A DNA stretch of 64,000 nucleotides from Nageia nagi (Eukaryota > Plantae > Pinophyta): positions 163,618,001 to 163,682,000 of the forward strand of contig JBITNC010000001.1 of assembly GCA_050084985.1 (NCBI GenBank). The letters are read 5' to 3'. The notes beneath the pieces were generated by a model, which saw nothing but the letters and a program-made list of their open reading frames with translations, had not been told where the DNA came from and did no database searches. Below are positions 26,701 to 37,300 of this stretch, in pieces. The translations under genes and the position numbers were made by a program. Every line of letters begins with the position of its first letter. Within the stretch, counting starts at the first letter, position 1.

Positions 26701-27384
26701 AAATTAAACATAAATTAATAAAGGATCATTTATTTCATAATTAAAGCTTTATTAAGTCTCTAAGTGGAATTTACAACATTTTGGCCAAATTCTACAATAA
26801 TAGACATTACTCCTAAATTAATGTTCCCATTTATCAAAGGTGAAATGGAAAAAACACCTAAAAAATGTGGACATTATATCTTTCTAGGGTGAGTTTTCTC
26901 TTTTAGGTCCTAGTTTAAACTCAAAGGTAAATGAAAAAAGAAAGCCTAATCCACTAATAGAGTTAGACAATTCTAAGACCTCCTTCTAGCCCACTTTATG
27001 TTGGGATATTTTTCTTTCCACTTATGAAGGTCACTTAGATGAAAACAAGAAAAGGACACCCAACATATAAGTGATGTTGTGTTACTAACCTCCACTTGTA
27101 AGGACTGATTACCCTAAGGTTTATAGCATCGTATGATGTCTTTTGTGATAATAAAAGTAGCTATACTTAGAATGATCAGTGGGATGATGGAGGCAATAGT
27201 TGTTAACCATGTTTGTTGTAGGATGTGGAGCTGTTCAACACCCCTTGAGGGTATATACTTTTGAAGATAAAAAAGGGGGAAAATGACTAAGTGAAAAGGT
27301 AAAAAGCGCAATATGGGGATGATGGCACTCGATGGGGGTTCATTCAAAGATAAGCCCACCCATGGGGTAGTGATTCGAGTTAAT

Positions 27385-28009
27385 TATGATATGTTTACCT
27401 ACATATCCAATCCTACCACAACTAACTAAGTCCAAGTTGTGTGTAGGATCCTAGGGCAATGTTGACAATGATAATACCATAAGCAACATATGAGGCCAAA
27501 TGACATATAAAGGAATTCATTAACATACACCCATTGCATGCGAAAGAGTAGAAAATGTTCATAAACATTCATACAAAATAGAACCCAAGTAGTAGCAAGT
27601 TCTCAAAATAGCTCTCTTGCAAAAATAATCATCCTCCTTTAAAAATGAGCCTTTAAAGGCTATATATAACATTTCAAAAACCTTAATGGCTAATTACCTA
27701 ATTCTCCTAGAACTACATGAAGATTGACCTTGAATTTGGTGAAATTCACATAAATTATTATTACAGTCAAACCCCTAATGAGATTAAATGAAATTATGTC
27801 AAAAATTAACTAAAATGAAATGAGAATCTTGAGAAAATGGCAATAAAATAAAATATGCTAAAATATACAAAAATATAGAATTCTTTTTCAAACTTGTGGG
27901 AGCAAATCCTCATCCATCACAAGGTCAAAAAATAAACTACATCTAAGAATCAAAGAAAATATGATCTTGAGCATGGGAGGGCTCATTGATTTCCTAATAG
28001 GAGTATGAC
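27385..28009 (-). repeat. Probable truncated LTR fragment of another family
   Basis: LTR-like start tatgatatg and TATA-like ggctatatataac at ~27658. Cut off by the LTR at 28010. Confidence 0.35.
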
Positions 28010-29387
28010 TTTGATGATCCCAAATTGGTAGATCATGCTCAAACATTCCCTAGGAGAGGGGCATTTGCCTTCTTTCTTTGGATCTAGCCATGCAACTTAA
28101 AATAGCACAAATAACCTAATGTGTAGCTAGATTAATAGTTAAGCAACTACAATCATACAAATATAGCTCCAAAAACTCAATGTTGCAACAAGGAAGGTAA
28201 AACAAGAATTTAAGCATGAAATAACACTTCTAGATCCAACATCCAAGCACATATAATAGTTATAGCAAAATGATAGAAATAATATAATTGTATCAATATA
28301 ACAATGGCAAAAGCATAATTACGTAAATATATTTTCAATGCCTAAGGAGCTTTCACCAAGGTTACCTCCAATAGAGTTAGCTTGGATGGCTCTAGGGTCT
28401 CATTAATCGTAGCAACAACAAGGCCAAGCCCAAGGCTTCCCTACTTCTTTGTGATGGAATCAGAAATATTCCTCTCTCGAATGATTAGAGTAAGCTCAAG
28501 GCTAGCCTTCTACCACCCTGAGACCTCAAATGCAGATCACTCCATAAGTGGTGAAGAAATAGTTCTCACAATTTGTCTGATGAAAGGGATTTTAATCATC
28601 AACTTAGCATATCTCAAAATATCCAATAGTTCTCCTTTTATAGGTGAGGTAGTCCATCTTCTAATTTTTCATTGAGATGATCTAATAGTGGAGATATATG
28701 ATCTATGTGCTCTTGATGACAACGTTCAAAATGGAGATCCTTGGGATAAGTGAGATCACATCTAAGGGTCTAGAAATGGAGCATTGGGTTGATGAGGATT
28801 CCAATGTGCCTCTGAGTCCATGCCATGTGGGCAAGTAGCCAAGGATGGTGACATGGGGCCTTAGGATGCACAATCCTTCAACGTGGGGGTGAATGTCTCC
28901 TTAAATTCCCAACATCAAATTATGGGAATCATCCTATGCTTTGAAATACCAAATACTTCTCTAGAAGTGCCATGTCCAAGCTTGGGTGTCCTTGATATGC
29001 CTCGAAGTCGATGTAATCACCTAGGGAGATGCTCTACCTCAAAGAGGGGAGCATTAATGACAAGAGGACCATCTAATGCCAATATTACATTCATCAAGGC
29101 TAGAAATATGCAATGCCTAATTAAAAGAGACTAATATTGCATTTACAAATATAATTACCTTGGTATAACTAACACACATTATTGGCATAATTTAGGCACT
29201 CAAATATACATAATGAATTAATAAAAAGGGTCATTGTTCCATAATTGGAGAATTTAATAAAGTCTCTAAGTGGAACTTACAATAATTGGCCAAAACCTAC
29301 AAAAAATAGATAATGTCACACCTAAGCTAATTTTCCCATTGATCAAAGGTGAAATGGGGAAAACACCATAAAAATGTGGACATTATA
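28010..29387 (-). repeat. LTR related to those of element 20665-26878 (3' LTR of a second minus-strand element)
   Basis: Collinear shared blocks: ctcaaacat.ccctaggagaggggcatttg, ctccttttataggtgagg, gagactaatattgcatttaca, and the terminal aaaaatgtggacattata. Followed by PPT-like gtgacctcctcct. Confidence 0.88.
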
Positions 29388-29409
29388 GTGACCTCCTCCT
29401 AAAAATTAT

Positions 29410-32392
29410 CTCCCATAAATGCCTCCATATTGGTAATGCCTAGTTCAAGAACATTGAAGGCTTTGCGATTCAGGACACTTTGTTTTGAGATATTAGTTGC
29501 AACCTACTTCATTTGATACTCCCATATAGACAACTATCTCTAACATCTTACATATAAAACATATTGTTCACCATATGTTGAACCACCTTAGATACCAACT
29601 CCTCTCTCCTAGGTACCCCAAAGCCATCCAAAAAGGTAAGCCCAAATAAGAATTTGACCATTTGTGTCTTGATTTCATCCTTCTCTTTGGCTACATTTTT
29701 AGCTAGGTCTTGATATTTATCCATTACATGTGTAAGCCAATTAAAGTAGAAGGAAAATGTTATGCAATATTCTTGTTAGATTGAATTATCTTCTAACTTC
29801 ACACACAACTCATCTACGTCATCTTGATATGAATTCCATACCTTAAATAGTTGAAGGAGTTTCTTGATTTTTTCTTAGACTTTGGCTTCTGCTTTGACAA
29901 AGCTTAAGATCTTCAAAGACAATATTTTGATAGTCTCCATGATTTCCTTTTCAATTATTCCTTCATGACCACCATACCCATGTTCAAAGAGGCTTGCTTC
30001 TTGATATCATCTTGTTGCATATGGGCAACTTTAATCTGCTTACAAAACTTATTTTTTTTATTAACTCCTTTAACATTCAAATCTCTTGGTCTTTCTTTGT
30101 TCCTTTTCATCTCAAAGAAAAAGCACTAGCATTGATGTTGTATTCATATACTTACAAATCAATATTTCCAACATCAGTCTCCTGGGCTTGGATTTTACAA
30201 TCATGTGCACCTTGTGGTCTTGTTTTATATGTGGTTTCTCTATTGATGATAATATAAGACCATTTCATTTGAGAAAAATGTCCTTGAATATTGAGGTTGA
30301 GAATACTCTCCCTCTTCTAGAACCTCTTCGTTATCCTCTATCCTTTATACTTTTAGATGCTGAAGATATTTATGTAGGAAGCTGTAATATTTTTCATTAT
30401 TTTCATTTCCTTTTGAAGGACCTACAACTATGATGAACTAACTCCAGATTGATGCATGGGTGTCTTATTTGGGACTCTATGTGAAGACGACGTAGAAGGC
30501 ATAGGTTTAGATGCTTCCCTAACTAGTCGAGGGACTTATTTTACAAATTCTTCTTCCATTTTAGTATCTCCTTCTTCCACTTGTTCTTGACTTCCTCTAG
30601 TGAAACCTCATTTAGGGTGATTTTTCTCCTCAATATCCTCATCATTCTCCCTGGGGATTTCATAACCATATTGTGAACTTAAACTTTTTGATAATTATAT
30701 TCTTTTTCCTTGTGGGCTTGGCCTTGAAGCTCTTTCTCTAGCAATTCCTTCCATGTTTAGCCCTCCAAGCTGATATTGAGCAATTCTATTCAATTCTTGG
30801 GTATCTCCAACCTACATTTGAATTGTCTTTTCTATGTCTCCCATTGATCATTTTGATACTCCCATGGTGGCATGTTGTCTTATGTGTCCATTTCTCCTTC
30901 TCAAAAAGGAAGTTGACTCTTTCATCATCTTGGAACCTATCAAGATATTCGAGGGGGACTTTTTCCCTCTTTTCCCCTTTGCCTCTTCTACTTGCCTTGT
31001 TTGGGTTACCCTTCTCCCCTCTCTATCTATTGTTGCTTGTACTTTCTTAATGTCCTCCAATTGTATCAAATTTTTGAATCCTACTTCCAACCCTAGATAC
31101 TTTTGTTCATATGGATACCTCTTGTTCTTATCTAAGAATGTTGCAATGCTCCATTTTGGATCATAGTTCTCAGCTATGGGGAACTCTTTGAACCTATACA
31201 AAGATTACTCAATTTTTATGGTATCAATATCAACCCAAATACCACATGTATATCCCCCAACTATGATGGGAAATGTTACTATGGAAACCTTCTTCTTCCA
31301 CACATTATCATCCAAATATGACAACTACTAACAAAAATCCAACAAAACTATTCTATTGTTGATGAAACTAGGGAGCATTTGTGGGGCTACCTAAAATCCA
31401 TACACCCTAATGTAAGTATAGTTGGAATGATGTATGTAAAAATCAATGTGACCCTTGAGAGCATCTATGGTTGCATTTGAAATACTCTTTACTTCTCTCT
31501 TCATGTAAAAATGGGAATATCTACTCCCAATGAACCACTTTGGATAACATCTCCATATTGGTCCCCTCCTTTCCTATCAAATTTACTTCACCATGTATTG
31601 AGGTTTTTTTCTTTGTAGCTAAAAGAAAGTACACCATGTAAGAATTCATGTAGAACTTCTTGTTGGTATCAATTGATGATATCTAATTTTTCAATGCCTC
31701 CTTGATCATCAACCCCCACATGATTTTCTTTCCCCATCCAATCAAGTATATGAAGGTAAAGAATTCTTTTTGGAATTTGATATCATCTTCCTTGCCCAAC
31801 ACTTTAGAAAATAAATGGATCAACTTGGATACTAAGGGATGAAAATTCATTCTCTTGGTTTTCAATAAGGCATTCCCTTTTATCTCCCTCGCATGTGAAA
31901 GAGGCCATTCCCTAATCATGTTACCTTGCCCTTTAAATGACTCATAGAAAACTATGGAATCTTCCTCTATGAATTCTATGTCATCTCCTTCCCATTCAAA
32001 CACATCTTCTACACCCTCAAGAGTGAACTTCATAATGATTTCAACATTGTTGTCATGGAGACTTCTTGCTCCCACATCACATTGTTCAACCACCTCACAG
32101 CATAACTCTAGAAAGAGGACTATGAAATGCACACATTTGCTTTGATTAATTTTGAGTGATAAATTAGTTCAATGGATAAACTCTCATTCTAGATCATCAC
32201 TATATTCTCTAGCAACTTGATAGGGTCTATGTGCTACCAGTTTGAATCTCTAATACTTGCAAGGTCACTCTTGATACAAGCTTCAGGTACCAGATCCTTT
32301 CCAAACTTCCCCAACTCAATGGGACTAGATTTCAATAAGTTATTCAAACTTCTTACCCAACTATTTGAGGTGAATTGTAATTTTTCTATGAT
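29410..32392 (-). pseudogene. Decayed ~1000-codon TE accessory ORF of unknown function (homologue of 54605-58207)
   Basis: ORFs 31683-32132 and 30848-31201 plus the sequence between them. Shares motifs with the second copy: D.NW..IDPI, F.ELC.EV, F(T/S)LEG(V/I)E, FYMNSY.VY, DFY....TYI.VYGF...P..LP, NYDP. Confidence 0.75.
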
Positions 32393-34370
32393 AGCATACC
32401 TACAAAATACAACAAACTTAAGTTGAGTATATGGCCTAAGGTGAAGATGTGGTCTTCAAGGCTCATACCTATGGATAGGAAGGATTCATTTTTCGTAAGG
32501 GACACCAAGCTTAGTTTGAAATGTGATGTAATTTTTTAATTAGACAAGGTTTGCATCTTGGAAGAACTTATGTCAAAGGAAAGTGGTACCTTGCACAAGC
32601 TTCTAATAGCATGAAGGTGACGACCAGGTAGAGTCTAGTGTTGGGGAAGTTGGCAAAGGAATGAAAGAGGCCATGGTGTAGGTGTGGAAGGAGACAAACT
32701 TGTTGTCTCGTGGAGGATTTGTGTTGATATGGCTTGTGTAGGGTTATGGGGCCATATTAGGGTTGGTGTAAGCATCCAAGAGGATAAATGAGGTTTGCTA
32801 CAAGCGATGAGGGAGACAAACTTGTTGTTTTATGACCAACTTGCACTAGGAGAAGTGTGAGGTCATGATAGGGTTGGTACAAGCCTTGAGGATGAAAAAC
32901 TTCATGTCTTGGGGCACATTTGTGCCTAAGGAGCATGTGTAGGAGGGAAATGAGGTATGGCGCAAGTGTGGAGTGAGACAAACTCCCTATCTCATGGTGG
33001 ACGTGCATTAGGATGGAGTGTACACATGAAAGGGATGAGTCTAGCCACTGACAAAGATGAGGATATGTCCAAATACTACTCAAGGGCTTGCACTAAGGAA
33101 GACATATTAATTTATGAAAGATTCAAAAATTGAATACATTATGACTCGACTACTTACCTTGATGCTTTGACAAGTGTGAGATATTGGCTTTGCTATCTTG
33201 CTCCAAATATTGGTAAAAGAATGCGCTTACCTAGATGCCCTAATGAATTTAGAGAAGAGAGAGCAAATTTATGATGTAGAAATGTGGGTAGGCTCTTCTT
33301 TTATAGGTTATTCCTAGGATTTCTTAGGATTAGGTTGGTTGAGATCTTAGGAATGTGTGCATTTAGGGATAAGGATGACTTTCAAGGTAATTAGATGTTA
33401 ATTTCGAGGTCAACTAGCCTCTTAGGATGGGTGCAAGTTCCAAGGAGGTCAAATGGTGCATATATTCACCAAGGTGGCAATATTAAAATCCAATGCAATC
33501 TCCTTAAGGGTCAATGATTGTGGTTGCATCATTCAAAATTGTCTGGTGAGCTTTCAATGATAGCCATGGTTATGCTTTTAAGATCTGCCATAATGGAGGT
33601 GTCCTAATGACTACTACTACTAGTGATTGTTGACATTGATTTCCCATCAATGGATGATGCAAATCATTGAGTTTTCAAAAAAAAATTATTTATTTTTATT
33701 TTGCTATTGTTGTGCTTGCAAAACACACCCCAAGATGCAGCATTTTGGGGACCCAATTTTTGCAACAACAGTGAGTGACATTACTTGGGGATGATTAAAC
33801 TATGGCTAGTATGGATGTCCAGTATGGCCAGATGATCTAGCAACGAAACATCATGCCCTAAAGTCATGATGAGAGTTCATCACAACCAATGGCCAGGTCA
33901 AGGCCCGATTTCAAGCGACATCTCATAGGATGGAATTTTAGGTCACGAAAATAGAGTTTTTGAGTGAATAGTAGATGTGGCAAAAATAGCAATGTTTTTT
34001 TATCTTGAAAAAGGTGACTACGACCAAAAGGTGAGTTTTGGTCACTTTTTATTTGAAATTGTAATGTAATGTTGTGTAATATTTCTCTTTAATGTAAATT
34101 TACTTAATGCTTAAAGTATCTTTAGATACTTTAAAGCATTAAAAGAATAAATATAAAAACACCTTTAACTTTACCCTTGGGTTAAAGGGTGGGTTTCTTC
34201 TTATGAATGGAGAGGTACCCCTCTCATTATGAAACTTGATGAAGTGTGGTAATGTTTGTCTTATAGAGTTGTAGGAATGCTCTTGTAGGAACTTTGTAAA
34301 AGAATTTTTATAGAAGATTTCTTAAGAATTTATAGGAGAGTTATCTTGTGAGAAGTAATAGAATGATGGT

Positions 34371-37300
34371 TGATGCATTCAATTGGGTCTAAAATCTTTG
34401 GTCACCTTGCTGAGGGCATGGCTTTTGATTTGGGTGCCTGTTGGGGCTCATTTTTCTTTCAAATCACCTTGGATTTTTTGGACCACTTTTTGGGGCCTGA
34501 TGACTTCATCTTGGACCCTGAATTTCGCATGCAAAGTTATTTCCCAATTTTGGAAAGTGTTAGTTTTTTAGTAGTTTTTAATAAGAGTATCAATTTAGTG
34601 ATGCTATTTTAGAAATGGCATAGTTAATCTATAATGGATGCATGACTCTAGTTCAAAACTCATCCAAGCTATTTTGTAGCCTTTCTAAAAATAGTAAGCT
34701 GATTTTTCTAGGTGTAACAAAAACTTACTTTTTTAGTAAGTTCCGTTACGTAGAATTGGAGGTGGAATTTGGGTATAAAGGAAATGTAATCCTCTTGAAG
34801 GAGGCAATCTAGATTCGAAAATAAAGAAAATTTCATTATTTGGTGAAATTCTTTGTTCATGGTAATTCTTTGTCTATGGAATTAACAAACCAAAAATTAC
34901 CCCTTGAATCCATTATTGGTCTCTTGTAATGAATCTGCACCATTTGGTATCAGAGTAGGTGTGATCTTGCTTGGGGAGAAGTGCCACCTAGAAAAGCCTA
35001 AGGGAGGAGCTATGCCTAGATGAATAGACAGATCGAGAATTTGCATGCAGATATAACATGGTTAGTTGGGGCAATTAACCAAATGGGACATGTACGTCCC
35101 AACATGCAACCAGATCCAAGATCAGATCTAGAAAGCGTGAATGAGGAAGTTGGGTCTCAGGCTAAGATGGAGGCCGAATAAGAAGGTCCAAGGGTAGCAA
35201 AAGTGCCTTTTGAGAATAGACTGATTCAAGCCTTAGAAGGGATGAAAGGGAATCGAGATGGAATCAAGATTGAGGTTCCTAAGTATGTTGGTGGGTGAAA
35301 ACTAGAGGAGCTGATCAATTGGGTGAATAGCATGGAAAAGTATTTTGAACAGAGCAGCCTTGTGGAGGAAAAAAAAGTGAAGCTCGCATGCACAAAGTTG
35401 AAGGGACATGCATTAATCTAATGGGATCATCTACAAGATCAACGCTAAAGGAAAGGAAAGGAGTAGATTAGATCTTGGAAAAAGATGAAGAAAAAGTTGT
35501 AGACTAAATTCATTCCTATAGAGTACTCCCAAACCTTGTTTCCTAGATTTCAGAATCTTTGACAAAAGGAAAAAAGCATTAAAGACTACACCAATGAGTT
35601 CTATAAGCCATCCATTCATGTGGAGCATAGTGAAACAAAGGAACAACGAGCTATGAGGTATGTGAATGGCTATTCAAGATGAGATAAGTATGCATCGCAC
35701 CATTACTATAGAAGATGCATACCAAATGGTCTTGAAAGTTGAGGAGAAACTTAAGAGGATTAATAGAGGGAGTAAGAAGGGAGGAACACCCTCATCCAAT
35801 TAGGGGCATGGTGAATCTAGCTTTGTCAAAGGAGAATCTTTGACCCCTAACAAGCAAGAGGATTAGGTTGGGCATGCTCAAGGTGTCTCCCAAAGGGGAA
35901 GAGGATATTCGAGAGGTAGAGGTAGTTAGGGAGGAAGGAACAAGAATGAGCCAAGGAAGCCATTCATCTGTTATAGATGCAGCAAGAAGGCCATAAGGCA
36001 TTAGAGCACCCTCATTATGATGCTGATGAAAGAGGACCAGCTAGGGTTGCTCTACTTGAAGAAGAGGAGACTGAAACAGAAGTTATTGAAGATGTTGGAG
36101 AAACCCTCATGATAAAAAGAGCCATGACTATCCCAAAGAAGGCCAGCATGCAAGCAGATGAAGGTGGAGATTCATGGCTATGCACAAATATCTTCTGCAT
36201 GAGGTGCACCTTTGGAGGGAAGGTATGTAACGTGATCATAGATGGAGGTAGTTGTGAAAATTTGGTCTCTAAAGTCATAGTTGAGGAACTGAATCTAAAT
36301 TGTGAGAAACATCCTATGCCCTACCGTGTTACATGGATCAAGAAAGGAAATGAGATGATTATTGACAAGAGGTGTTTGATAAGTTTCTCAATCGATAATA
36401 TGTATCAAGATGAAGTATCGTATGATGTGATTCCAATGGATGCATGTCACATATTGCTTGGGAGGCCATGGAAATTTGATAGGAAGGCTTTTCATGATGG
36501 ATGCAAGAATACCTATACATTCTAGAAGGATGGCGTAAAGGTAATACTTTTACCCCTTAAGGAAGAAGTACCCAATCAAAGTTTGTTGTCAAGAAAGAAA
36601 TTCATCACAGAACTACGGGAGGTTGGTTGGTGCTACGCTTTAAGCATAAAATAAGTAGAGGAAGAAGAGGTTCGTATACCGCATACGATCCTAAAATTAT
36701 TGGAAGAATATCCAGATGTCATACCTGAAGAGCTATCAATAGGACTACCACCCAAGAGAGATATTCAACATCACATTGATCTAATTCCAAGTTCAGCCTT
36801 TCCAAATCAGGCAGCCTATCGGCTAAGCCCAACACAAAATGTTGAGTTAAGTAAATAGGTAAATGAATTGATGAAGAAAGATTCATACGCCTGGACTCTT
36901 GACTCCTAAGAAAGATGCCTCCTGGCGGATGTGTATAAATAGTAGAGCCATAAATAAGATCACTATTAGGTTATCAATTTTCGATACCTCGAGTAGATGA
37001 TATGATGGATGTTTGATCGGGGCTAGCTACTTCAATATAATTGATCTTCAGGGCGGCTACTACCAGATCAGTATCAGGGAAGGTGATGAGTGGAAGATAG
37101 CTTTCAAGACCTGATACGGGTTGTATGAATGGATGGTGATGCCATTTGGATTTTCAAATGCACCAAGTACATTTATGCGATTGATGAATAGGGTACTCTA
37201 ATAATACAATGGTAAGTTTATGGTTGTATATTTTGATGATATCTTAATTTTCAGTAAGAGTGAGGTGGATCATTTGTATCATTTGAGGCTGGTGTTAGAT

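Larger units (their letters stand above)
20665..26878 (-). mobile_element. Non-autonomous Gypsy-type LTR retrotransposon carrying only gag and protease (TR-GAG-like)
   Basis: Homologous LTRs at 20665-~22089 and 25520-26878. TSD TCTTT at 20660-20664 and 26879-26883. PBS TGGTATCAGAGC (25507-25518, minus). PPT GGGAGGGAGGACA at ~22090-22102. No RT, RNase H or integrase between protease and PPT. Confidence 0.9.
20138..26920 (+). repeat. 3' LTR of the Tnt1-like Copia, split by the Gypsy insertion (20138-20664 plus ~26884-26920)
   Basis: PPT CAAGTGGAAGAA immediately precedes TGTTGG at 20138. TATA-like cctatatatt at ~20422. The right end is approximate. Confidence 0.65.
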
